From: Nitrososphaeria archaeon
GTDB taxonomy: Archaea > Thermoproteota > Nitrososphaeria > JACIWG01
DNA: 64,000 bases
Direction of reading: 5' to 3'
Assembly: GCA_963760525.1 (NCBI GenBank)
Contig: CAVXDT010000009.1
Location: 15,611 to 79,610 of the forward strand
Shown here one piece after another: positions 28,254 to 37,962 of the stretch. The notes below the pieces were generated by a model. It saw nothing but the letters and a program-made list of their open reading frames with translations. It did no database searches and was not told the origin of the DNA. Every line of letters starts with the position of its first letter. Position 1 is the stretch's first letter. The translations under genes and the position numbers were made by a program.

Positions 28254-29528
28254 ATGAGCTCTAGAATAAAATCAATACACGCAAGACAGATACTTTCGAT
28301 AAGAGGGCATCCTGGTATAGAAACAACTGTAACAACAGAAGATGGTTCGACCGGAACAGCAGTCGTCACCGCTGGAGTTTCCATCGGAGAACATGAGGTA
28401 TTCTTTGTTAACGATGGTGGGAAAAAATGGAATGGACTTGGACAACAGAAAGCAGTTGACACGGTCAACAATATTATCGGACCTACTGTTGTCGGTTTGG
28501 ATGCAACTAACCAAAGCTTGATTGACGAAGCAATGCTCAAGTTGGATGGTACGCCAAACAAAACAAGATTGGGAGGAAATTCCATAGCAAGCGTTTCAGC
28601 AGCTACACTAAAGGCTGCATCAAAAGGTCTTATGATTCCATTATATCAGCATATTGGTGGCGTAAATGCCCGAGTGATTCCAGTTCCAGGGGTAATCTCT
28701 TTCGTAGGTGGTGAGAGATATGGTAGTGGCCAGAGAGCAGGAGACAAGCCAAGCTATTCTTTCATGGCCTACGGTTTCAAATGTTTTTCTGAAGCTTCCT
28801 ATGCCTGCTGGGAACTCAAAAATGAATTTCATCAGACATTAAGGAAGAGGCTTGATATGAGGGTTCCGACGTTTAATTTTGGCTTTGCGCTGGTTCCACC
28901 TGGCAAAGTCGACCACGACCGTGAACTGTGGGAAATGATGGTTGAAACCATTGACAATCTCGGATATAAGAATAGGGTTGGAATACAAGTAGATGTTGCT
29001 GCAGGAACATACTTTGACAAGAAGAAGAACGCGTTTGTAGGACTCTTTTCCAGAGAAGATAAGACAAAAGAGGACATGATAGAGCTCTACAAAGAAGTTG
29101 TGAAGAACTACCCATTCCTAATTATTGAAGACCCACTGGACGAAAACGATTACGAGGGGCATGCTATTGTAACTAAGGAGCTTGGGATTCAGATAGTTGG
29201 CGACGACCTTTTCACTACTAACATCGAACGGGTAAGGAAAGGCGTAGAAGTGAAAGCATGCAATACCATACTTCTAAAAGTTAACCAGATAGGCTCTATA
29301 ACTGAAGCTTTTGATATGGTAGAATTTGCACACAAACACAACTATGCAGTAATGCCTTGCAGCAGTAGAGGCGAAGGATCTGATATAGCTGACTATTCTG
29401 TTGGACTTGGAACTGGGCAGATGAGAGAAGGAGGATTTGATGATACTGCTAACAGAGCGCTGCAAATCGAAGAAGAACTTGGCAGCAGATCTAAGTTCCT
29501 AGGAAAAGCAGCGTACAAATCCTCTTAG
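28254..29528 (+). CDS. Highly divergent enolase-fold protein, copy 2
   Basis: DGTPNKTRLGGN, DVAA, IEDP, GDDLFTTN, LLKVNQIG retained; QEF, GDEGG, SHRS and QIKTG not conserved. Confidence 0.85.
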   Translation: MSSRIKSIHARQILSIRGHPGIETTVTTEDGSTGTAVVTAGVSIGEHEVFFVNDGGKKWNGLGQQKAVDTVNNIIGPTVVGLDATNQSLIDEAMLKLDGTPNKTRLGGNSIASVSAATLKAASKGLMIPLYQHIGGVNARVIPVPGVISFVGGERYGSGQRAGDKPSYSFMAYGFKCFSEASYACWELKNEFHQTLRKRLDMRVPTFNFGFALVPPGKVDHDRELWEMMVETIDNLGYKNRVGIQVDVAAGTYFDKKKNAFVGLFSREDKTKEDMIELYKEVVKNYPFLIIEDPLDENDYEGHAIVTKELGIQIVGDDLFTTNIERVRKGVEVKACNTILLKVNQIGSITEAFDMVEFAHKHNYAVMPCSSRGEGSDIADYSVGLGTGQMREGGFDDTANRALQIEEELGSRSKFLGKAAYKSS

Positions 29529-29624
29529 GTCACATTAAAAAGAATATGCTATGTAATGAAAAGAACGTTAAGCAAGCTGCTATGCCTTTGCTTGCTCTTT
29601 CTACAGCATAGCTGTCAATGAAAT

Positions 29625-31055
29625 CTAGTGTACTACTTGATCCAATAGACGACCTTCTCTGTCTAAGAGCTGTATTTGTAAAGGCATCTGACCCCACGCA
29701 TGAGTAGCACAGCTTAAGCAAGGATCAAAAGCTCTCACAACCGCTTCTACCCTATTGAGCATTCCTTCTTCTATCTTCTTTCCTTTGACAAACTTCTGAG
29801 CCACTTGTGTCACGGCCTTATTGTAGGCTAGATTGTTGTGCTCAGTCGCAATTATCAAATTGCAATAGCCTATCCTTCCTTCTCTGTCAACTTTATAGTG
29901 GTGAATTAGCGTTCCTCTAGGAGCTTCGGCCACACCTACTCCTTCGCTGCTATTGACAGACGCGTTTGCCCGAACTTTATCTCCTAATATATTAGGGTCT
30001 TGTAGCAACAGTTTTGTCTTCTCCAAGCAGAAGAGTATTTCTATTAGTCGTGCGTAATGATAGTGGAAAGTGCTTAATACAATACCGTTCTTGCCAAGTT
30101 TTTTGAACTCCTTCAGCTCTTCATCTGCTAATGGGGTACCACAATGCGAACAAACGTTTAACCTGGCAAGTGGACCTACCCTGTATATCCCTTTTGTATA
30201 ACCTAGCGGTAGATAGTAGGGGAATTTCATATAGGACCAGGGTTCAACCGCTTCTCCAATGTATTCATAGTACTTTGAAGGATCAAGCCTATCTGCAATA
30301 ATTTTGCCCTCTGAACTCACTATTCTAATGGTTCCATCGTAGTGTTCGAGACCGCCATCAGATGTTACGAGACCCAAGAAGTAGGTTGGAAAGTTGCCAA
30401 AACTTTCTATTTCATCCTTGAAATTGGTGAACATATTCTTGAAAGTTGAAATTGCCTTGAGAGTCGTATCCATAGCCTCAGGTAAACCCTCAGAAATCTT
30501 GTCCAGCTTTTCCTTAGAAGCAGGCACCTTTACACCGCCTGGAACAGTCCAGTCGCTTGCATGCACCCTCTTGCCTCCTAACGATTCTATGATATTTTGA
30601 CCGAATTGCCTCAGTCTTATGCCCTGTCTAGCGAGTTCAGGATATTTTTCAATTAGACCAAATACGTTTCTCTTCGCTGGATCTGAATCAAATCCTAAGA
30701 GGAAGTCTGGGGAAGAAAGATGGAAGAAGCTGAGTGCATGCGATTGAATCAACTGTCCGTTATGCATAAGACGACGTAAGAGCTCAGCTGTTCTAGGAAT
30801 CTTCACAGCCAGGATTTCATCACATGCTTTAGCTGAGGCGAGCATATGGCTTACTGGACAGATACCACAAGTTCTAGAAGTAATGTTTGGCATTTCATAG
30901 AATGGACGACCTTCACAGAACTTCTCAAATCCTCTGAAATCAGTAACATGAAATCTTGCCTCTCTCACGGACCCATCGTCTTCGAGAAAGACAGTTACCT
31001 TCGCGTGCCCTTCTATCCTTGTTACGGGATTTATTATTAAGACTTTTTCTGTCAT
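29625..31055 (-). CDS. hoxH: Group 3d [NiFe]-hydrogenase large subunit
   Basis: [21 protein letters not shown]1 [11 protein letters not shown]2 [15 protein letters not shown]. Confidence 0.93.
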   Translation of the reverse strand: MTEKVLIINPVTRIEGHAKVTVFLEDDGSVREARFHVTDFRGFEKFCEGRPFYEMPNITSRTCGICPVSHMLASAKACDEILAVKIPRTAELLRRLMHNGQLIQSHALSFFHLSSPDFLLGFDSDPAKRNVFGLIEKYPELARQGIRLRQFGQNIIESLGGKRVHASDWTVPGGVKVPASKEKLDKISEGLPEAMDTTLKAISTFKNMFTNFKDEIESFGNFPTYFLGLVTSDGGLEHYDGTIRIVSSEGKIIADRLDPSKYYEYIGEAVEPWSYMKFPYYLPLGYTKGIYRVGPLARLNVCSHCGTPLADEELKEFKKLGKNGIVLSTFHYHYARLIEILFCLEKTKLLLQDPNILGDKVRANASVNSSEGVGVAEAPRGTLIHHYKVDREGRIGYCNLIIATEHNNLAYNKAVTQVAQKFVKGKKIEEGMLNRVEAVVRAFDPCLSCATHAWGQMPLQIQLLDREGRLLDQVVH

Positions 31056-31067
31056 TCTTCTTCACTC

Positions 31068-31601
31068 TTAACCATACTTTGTCAGACCTTCCATATTCGG
31101 AACTCTCCCGGAAAGGAGTTCGGTCACCACATAGTTGATGAGATCTGCTGAGGGCGGACATCCTGGAACAAAATAGTCTACTTTAACGATTTCATGCAGT
31201 GGGTGAACATATTTGAGCAGTTTTGGAACGTCATCGGGAATCTGTTGCTGGATTGTAGAGTTGTCGATGAACTCCTTTTGAAGAACAGCATTCACACTGT
31301 CATTGATAGCATTTCTCAGGGCGGTTACATTGCCTGTGACAGCACAATCGCCTAGTGAAACAAGTACTTTCGTCTTAATTCGAGCGCGTTTCAGCAGCTC
31401 CAATTGCTCATGGTTTGCAACAGCACCTTCAATGAAAGTCACATCAACACCTTCTGGAAATTCTTTAACATCTACGATAGGGCTATAGACCAGTTCAATC
31501 TTATCAGCCAAGTTAATTAGGCGTTCATCTTGGTCAAGGAAAGACATGTGACACCCTGAACAACCACTTAGCCAGATTGTGGCCACCTTTACTTTTGCCA
31601 A
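31068..31601 (-). CDS. hoxY: [NiFe]-hydrogenase small subunit
   Basis: WLSGCSGCHMSFLD, GDCAVTGNV, PGCPP; short HoxY size; TTG start at 31601 preferred over 31634. Confidence 0.92.
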   Translation of the reverse strand: MAKVKVATIWLSGCSGCHMSFLDQDERLINLADKIELVYSPIVDVKEFPEGVDVTFIEGAVANHEQLELLKRARIKTKVLVSLGDCAVTGNVTALRNAINDSVNAVLQKEFIDNSTIQQQIPDDVPKLLKYVHPLHEIVKVDYFVPGCPPSADLINYVVTELLSGRVPNMEGLTKYG

Positions 31602-31608
31602 TTCCTTC

Positions 31609-32334
31609 TCACCTTCTCCTCCTTTCCATGACAAATGCTGTGAAATCCTTGTTCTTCACATCTTCCAAGGGTTTACCTCTGATGTATATTGCCCCCACTG
31701 GGCAAACTACTGAACATTTCTGACATGACGTGCAAGAGGGAGAATTGCCCCAGGTTTCGTCAAGGTCCATAATAATCTGGGAGCCCTTTCCCCTATTCTT
31801 AAGGTCAAGAGTGTGAACGCCTTCTATTTCATCACATACTCTAACGCAGCGAGTACAAATGATGCACCTGTTTCGGTCTATAGCGAATCTCTCATGGGAA
31901 CAGTCAACTTCTAGAGCAGTCCATTCTCGGTTGAACCTAACATGGTCCACTCCCAGCATCTTTGCGAGATCCTGAAGTTCACAGCTGCCATTGGCTACGC
32001 AGACCGCGCAGATATGAGTCCTCTCAGATAGGATCAGTTCCAGAAGCATTTTGCGATAGTTCGTAAGCTTGTCGGAGCTTGTTATCACATATAGTCCGTT
32101 AGCTGCTGGCGTCGTGCAAGCAGGGAAGAGTTTTGACGAACCTTTGATTTCAACGAGGCATAAACGACATCCTCCCATTGTGGAAAGACCTTCCATGTAG
32201 CATAGCGTAGGAATATATATGCTATTTTCTTTGGCAACCTTGAGTATTGTATCATCCGCAGCAGCCAAAACTTCTTTTCCATCTATTATGAATTTGATTG
32301 TCTTAGCACTCAAGTTCCTATTCAACCTCGTCAA
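31609..32334 (-). CDS. hoxU: Diaphorase Fe-S subunit
   Basis: IPTLC, GGCRLC, HICAVCVANGSCELQ, CIICTRCVRVC, CTSCQKC..VCP. Confidence 0.92.
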   Translation of the reverse strand: MTRLNRNLSAKTIKFIIDGKEVLAAADDTILKVAKENSIYIPTLCYMEGLSTMGGCRLCLVEIKGSSKLFPACTTPAANGLYVITSSDKLTNYRKMLLELILSERTHICAVCVANGSCELQDLAKMLGVDHVRFNREWTALEVDCSHERFAIDRNRCIICTRCVRVCDEIEGVHTLDLKNRGKGSQIIMDLDETWGNSPSCTSCQKCSVVCPVGAIYIRGKPLEDVKNKDFTAFVMERRRR

Positions 32335-33997
32335 GTAAGGTTTTATCCAACTCCTTCACTCCTTTGAAACACTTGCCAGCTGGACATTTATGTTCAGTGA
32401 TATGGGAATCATATTCGTCCCTGAAGTAGCGTATCGTAGATAAAACTGGATTTGGAGCAGTTTGACCGAGTCCACATAAACTGGCATCTCTTGTAATATA
32501 ACCTAGACTTTCTAGTAAATCTAAATCTTCAGTCTTTCCTCTGCCATTTGTAATCCTTTGAAGAATCTCATCCGTTTTAACAAGACCAACACGGCACGGG
32601 ACACATTTCCCACAGGACTCGTCAACACAGAATTCAGTGAAGAACTTTGCTGTGTCAACCATACAGGATGTGTCGTCTATAACAACTATGCCACCTGATC
32701 CCATTATTGCCCCTGCTTTGGTCAGAGAATCATAGTCTATAGGTAGGTCAAGACAGCTCTCAGGGAGACAACCGCCCGAAGGACCGCCTACTAGAACAGC
32801 TTTGAACTTTCTACCTTTGGCAACACCACCACCTATACTAAACACGATATCCCTTAATGTTATTCCCATCGGAACTTCTATTAACCCAGGATTGTTGACT
32901 TTCCCAGTCAGTGAAAAACACTTTGTGCCCTTACAGGTTTCAACTCCAATTTCAGAGAACCATGTAGAACCGTTCAGCATGATTATTGGTATGTTTGCCA
33001 AAGTCTCAACATTGTTTATCAAAGTAGGTTTCCCAAATAACCCTGACGTAGCAGGATATGGCGGACGTGGACGTGGCATAGCTCTACGCCCTTCTATGGA
33101 CGCAAGAATACCCATTTCCTCACCAGCAATAAAAGCACCAGCTCCCAGTCTCAGGTCGATGTCAAATGACAAATTTGAACCGAAGACATTCTTTCCGAGA
33201 AAGCCCATAGACCTTGCTTGCTGTATAGCCTTTCTCAGAGTCTGTACAGCTAATGGGTATTCAGCACGAATGTATATGTAACCTGTTTCAGCTCCAATAG
33301 CGTATGCTGCTATGAGCATGCCTTCGAGGATAGCATGCGGATCAGCTTCAGCAAGAGTTCTATTTGCAAATACTCCCGGGTCACCTTCATCTAGATTCGC
33401 TACAATATATTTTGGTGAACCTTGTGCCTTTTCCACAAAATCCCATTTCTGCCCTGTTACAAAACCTGCTCCTCCCCGACCTCTAAGACCACTAGCTCGA
33501 ACTTCATCTATAACCTGCCTTGGGCTCATTTGTGTAACCACTTTAAGGAGAGCATAATACCCTTGCATAGCTATGTAATCTTCAATTCTGAGAGGATCAA
33601 TTTTGCCCGCGTTCCTCATAACTACCCTATGTTGCTTCTGGAAGAAACCAGGGTTGGTGTAAAGCAAGTCTTTCACAGGTCTATCGTTAACGATATGTTC
33701 ACGAACTATTTCGCGAGCTGACTCAGGATTAACATTTTGATACATATGATCTCCTGGGTCAACGATCACTACTGGACCTACATAGCAGGTTCCCACACAA
33801 CCTGTCCTAGCAACCTTACACATGTCCTTAACGTTGAATTCTTTAACAGCGTCTTCGAAGGCCTTCAATATCCTCAGTGCTCCCAAGGACATGCAACCGC
33901 TTGAGCAGCAAACACTAATCCTATACTTGTATGCATTCCTGTCCTCGAGCTCTTTTTCTCTCATTTCCTTAAGAAGAGTTTCAAAAGGCATGCTCAT
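32318..33997 (-). CDS. hoxF: NADH-binding diaphorase subunit (NuoF-like)
   Basis: N-terminal thioredoxin-like 2Fe-2S, SGLRGRGGAGF, DEGDPG, GAGAFIAGEE, ESCGKCVPCR. Confidence 0.93.
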   Translation of the reverse strand: MSMPFETLLKEMREKELEDRNAYKYRISVCCSSGCMSLGALRILKAFEDAVKEFNVKDMCKVARTGCVGTCYVGPVVIVDPGDHMYQNVNPESAREIVREHIVNDRPVKDLLYTNPGFFQKQHRVVMRNAGKIDPLRIEDYIAMQGYYALLKVVTQMSPRQVIDEVRASGLRGRGGAGFVTGQKWDFVEKAQGSPKYIVANLDEGDPGVFANRTLAEADPHAILEGMLIAAYAIGAETGYIYIRAEYPLAVQTLRKAIQQARSMGFLGKNVFGSNLSFDIDLRLGAGAFIAGEEMGILASIEGRRAMPRPRPPYPATSGLFGKPTLINNVETLANIPIIMLNGSTWFSEIGVETCKGTKCFSLTGKVNNPGLIEVPMGITLRDIVFSIGGGVAKGRKFKAVLVGGPSGGCLPESCLDLPIDYDSLTKAGAIMGSGGIVVIDDTSCMVDTAKFFTEFCVDESCGKCVPCRVGLVKTDEILQRITNGRGKTEDLDLLESLGYITRDASLCGLGQTAPNPVLSTIRYFRDEYDSHITEHKCPAGKCFKGVKELDKTLLDEVE

Positions 33998-34533
33998 CGC
34001 ACCTGCTCATTTGATTTCAACTGATCCAGTACTTGTTTTATTTTGTCTATCACAGCCTCTTTTGTCGCCTTTGAAATAGTCTGATCGTCGACTGTAACAT
34101 TGGGAGCCATAGCACAAGCACCTATACATCTTGTGATAAACAGGGATAGCTTTCCATCAGCGCTTGTTTCACCACGTTTTATGTTAAATTCCTGTTCAGC
34201 CGACGTTATTATATCTTCTACCCCTTTTACGTAACAAGCAGTACCTAGGCAAAAAGTTGCTGCATGCTCTCCAGGTTTCTTCAACCTAAACAAGTTGTAG
34301 AACGTTGCCACACCAAGAACGTGGCTCGGAGGAATATGCAGAGATCTAGCGACATGTATCAACAATCGCCTATCAAGATATCCGAAGATTTCTTGGGTGC
34401 TGTGAAGAATCTCAAGAAGAGAGTCCCTTGAATATTGATGTTGTTTCATAATATTGTCCAACAGCAACATACGTTTGTCATCCTGCAAAATTGGTTTTGA
34501 GCTATTTTCAGACAATATAGACCGCGCTCTCAA
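33994..34533 (-). CDS. hoxE: NuoE-like 2Fe-2S subunit
   Basis: GVATFY, CLGTACYVKG, RCIGACAMAP. Confidence 0.9.
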   Translation of the reverse strand: MRARSILSENSSKPILQDDKRMLLLDNIMKQHQYSRDSLLEILHSTQEIFGYLDRRLLIHVARSLHIPPSHVLGVATFYNLFRLKKPGEHAATFCLGTACYVKGVEDIITSAEQEFNIKRGETSADGKLSLFITRCIGACAMAPNVTVDDQTISKATKEAVIDKIKQVLDQLKSNEQVR

Positions 34534-34733
34534 AAAGTTGCTTTTTACCCTTATTTAACAATTATCATAGGAAAGTTCTGAGAAATACCCAATTTGACCT
34601 TTCTGGAGTGCAGTAATTTTCATCAAAGTGATTATATGATCCTACAACCTGCCCTATCCAATCTATTCATTATACTGTAATATTAAGCAAATCTTAAACA
34701 TGTGTATAATTGATATGTTTACGGTGGAAAAGT

Positions 34734-35150
34734 TTGGTCAAAGTCGGGAATTTTGAAGTAGTCGAAGATCTGTTTTACTCAAAAGATTGGATGTGGGTAA
34801 AAGTGGAAGATGGCAGAGTCAGAACTGGAATAACCGATTATGCGCAAAAGCAACTGCGCGAGGTAGTGTTTGCTGAGCTTCCTGAAGCAGGTAAAGAAAT
34901 AGTAAAGGGCGAGCCGTTTGGTACAGTAGAATCGGTTAAATCGGTATCAGATCTGGTGGCATCAATTAGTGGTAAGATAGAAGCGGTAAACAAGAAAGTG
35001 AAAGACAACCCGGAAATACTTAACGAAGATCCCTATGGCGAAGGATGGATTCTACTTGTATCTCCAACCAACCTTGAAAAAGATCTTGAAGCCCTAATGA
35101 ACTTCGAAAAAGCTTTAGAATGGCACAAAGAAATGGAAAAAGAAGGTTAA
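34734..35150 (+). CDS. gcvH: Glycine cleavage H / lipoyl carrier protein
   Basis: GITDYAQ, VESVKSVSD lipoyl-Lys motif, NEDPYGEGWI; TTG start at 34734 after GGTGG. Confidence 0.92.
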   Translation: MVKVGNFEVVEDLFYSKDWMWVKVEDGRVRTGITDYAQKQLREVVFAELPEAGKEIVKGEPFGTVESVKSVSDLVASISGKIEAVNKKVKDNPEILNEDPYGEGWILLVSPTNLEKDLEALMNFEKALEWHKEMEKEG

Positions 35151-35154
35151 GTAA

Positions 35155-36500
35155 ATGCCTAAGAAAATAGTTATCGTAGGAGCAAATGCGTCAGGTGTTG
35201 ACGCAGCAGTAGCAGCTCGAAAAATTGACAGGGAAGCAGAAATTATGCTTCTAACAAAAGAGAATGTCGGAGCATACTCCAGATGCGGTCTTCCCTTCGT
35301 ACTAAGTGGGCACATACCTGCTTTCGACAACCTAATTGTTTACTCGCCTACATTCTATCGCATGATGAAATTTGACCTACGTCTGGAGACTGCAGCTACA
35401 AATATTGATACAAAAAACAAAAAAGTCGAAATCGAAGCGAAAGACGGAAAACAGGAAATTCTTCAATATGATAGTCTAATACTAGCCACAGGAGGGGGTC
35501 CTTTTAGTCTTCCTATAGAAGGAATGAATAAGGAAGGCGTCTTCAACCTTCATACTCTGAAAGATGGTGAGAGATTAGCAAATGCTATGAAGACCGCTCA
35601 GTCAGCCATTGTCATAGGATCAGGCCTTGTGGGCCTGGAAGCTGCTGATGCTTTCAGGGAAAAGGGAATAAAGTCCACAATCAGTCGAGATGCTTCCAGT
35701 CGATTCTTCCAAGGCTTCTTGACCGAGATATGTCAGAAGAGCTCCAGAAAGGCCTTGAAGGGAACGGTATCCGAATTATTTTAGGAAAGCCGGCGGGAGC
35801 GATACTTGGAGCAGACAAGGTGCAGGGCTGTATCGGTGGGAGGAGAAGAGGTCCCTGCAGACATAGTCGTCAACGCTGCAGGAGTCAGACCAAACGTCGA
35901 GCTGGCCAAAAAAGCGGGATAGTCATCGGTGAGACAGGGGGCATAAAGACGAATATTCGAAAATGCGGACAAGCGCAGAAGATGTTTATGCTGTTGGAGA
36001 CTGTGCTGAGACAACTCATCATGTTACTCACAGGCCGGCTCTTCCTCTGCTTGGGTCAACGGCTGTCAGAGAGGGTAAGAGTAGCGGGTATAAACGCTGC
36101 AGGAGGATACTCGATATTTCCAGGAACACTTTTCTCAGTGGGTCTCCAAAATGTTCGACTTCGAGGTAGGGGCAACCGGTCTAACAGAATTTTGGGCCTC
36201 TAAATCGGGATAGAAGTTGCTGTTGGCAAAATTAGTGGTCACACAAAGGCACTTTATTACCCCGGAGCCTTTCAATTAAAAGTGAAGCTCATAGTTGAAA
36301 AAGAAACCAAAAAGATTGTCGGCGGAGAAATTGTCGGCGGAGAAGAAGTGACCCAGAGTATCAACGCCCTTTCATTGGCCATCCAGAACAATATGACGGT
36401 CCATGAGCTCATGAAGGCTGACACCTGCTATGCTCCTTCTGTATGCGAGACTTGGGAACCAATGGTTCTGGCGGCAGAGATGGCGATCAGAAGACTGTAG
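35155..36500 (+). CDS. Single-cysteine FAD-dependent pyridine nucleotide-disulfide oxidoreductase (CoADR/Nox/Nsr class), multiple frameshifts
   Basis: YSRCGLP redox Cys, LILATG, GSGLVGLE, VYAVGDC, C-terminal CYAP; pieces spread over ORFs 35155, 35730, 35963, 36282. Confidence 0.85.
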
Positions 36501-36528
36501 CCTGCCACTATTAATGTTAGAAAGAAAG

Positions 36529-36580
36529 GGCTAAAGTAATCACTTTAGCCTGTAATATTGATAGAGAATTAATGCATTAA
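36529..36580. promoter_or_regulatory. Two palindromes upstream of hdrA
   Basis: GGCTAAAGT-aatc-ACTTTAGCC (36529-36550) and TTAATGCATTAA (36569-36580). Confidence 0.5.
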
Positions 36581-36644
36581 AGTTGACTTGCAAACACAAA
36601 GATTATTTACCCTTTGGTATGAGAAAAGGGAGCAAGTCAAAACT

Positions 36645-37962
36645 ATGTCGAATTCGGTTCTAGTAATCGGAGGCGGAATAGCGGGAATTCAAGCCTCTTT
36701 GGACCTTGCTAATCGTGGAATCCAAGTCTACCTAGTTGAAAAACTTCCAAGCATAGGTGGACGCATGGCACAGCTTGACAAAACCTTCCCGACATTGGAC
36801 TGTTCAATTTGTATACTTGCACCAAAAATGATTGAATGTTACAGACACCCAAACATTGCGCTTCTAACCTACTCAGAAGTTAAAGAAGTTAGGGGTAAAG
36901 CAGGCGACTTCAATGTTAAAATCCACAAGAAAACCCGCTACGTAGATGTAGAAAAGTGCACGGGATGTGGCACTTGCATGGAAAAATGCCCTGTGAAGGT
37001 TCCGAATGAGTTTGACATGGGACTTGGAAACAGAAAAGCCATATTCATGCTCTTTAAACAAGCGGTGCCCTTAGTTGCAACAATCGACCCAGAACACTGC
37101 TTATACTTCACTAAGGGCATTTGCAGGGTTTGCCAGAGATTCTGTCCCTCGAAAGCTATCAACTACGAACAAAAACTTGAAGAAAAAATAATAGACGTTT
37201 CATCCATAATCCTAGCAACGGGTTTTGATATCTTCAACCCGTCTTCTATGAGCGAATATGGCTATGGTAGATTCAGGAATGTCATTCATTCAATGGAATT
37301 TGAAAGAATTATATGCGCTTCAGGACCAACGGGAGGCCACCTTATTAGACCCTCAGATGGAAAAGAGCCAAAAAGCGTTGTTTTTGTCCAATGTGTTGGC
37401 TCAAGAAGCCAGCATGGACAATTCCCATTCTGTTCAAGCGTGTGTTGTGTTTACGCTACAAAAGAATCCATTCTAATTAAGGATCACGCTCCAGAAACGG
37501 ATGTGTACATAATGTATATCGACATGAGAGCGGTAGGGAAAGGTTTTCAGGAATTTGTTGACAGAGCCAAAAGAGAATATGGAATCAAGTACGTAAGAGC
37601 TCACCCAGGTGGAATAGCCGAAGACCCCATCACAAAGAGTCTGCAGATTCACTATGAAGACATTCCAACCGGTAAGATGAAGACTTTGGAGGCTGATCTG
37701 GTAGTTCTTTGCCCAGCACTAATACCTAAGGAAGACAACAAAGTCATTAGCTAAGGCGATGGGGCTTGAACTTGACGAATACGGGTTCTTTAAGTCAAAG
37801 GAGCAGCTCATAGCACCAGTTGACACAAACGTCCCTGGAGTATACATATGTGGATACTGTCAATCTCCTAAAGATATTCCCGAAAGCGTCGCTCAAGCAA
37901 GTGGTGCAGCTGCGCGTGCTGCGGAAGTAACGGAATACAAAGTTAAGGAGGTCATGGTATGA
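36645..37962 (+). CDS. hdrA: HdrA-like flavoprotein 1 (FAD domain with inserted ferredoxin; frameshift near 37742)
   Basis: [50 protein letters not shown]; ends [15 protein letters not shown] in ORF 37759..37962. Confidence 0.9.

Noticed and set aside
36315-36344. 15-bp tandem duplication ATTGTCGGCGGAGAA
   Set aside because: Encodes IVGGE-IVGGE, matching the usual IVGxQIVG pattern of this family, in an error-rich stretch
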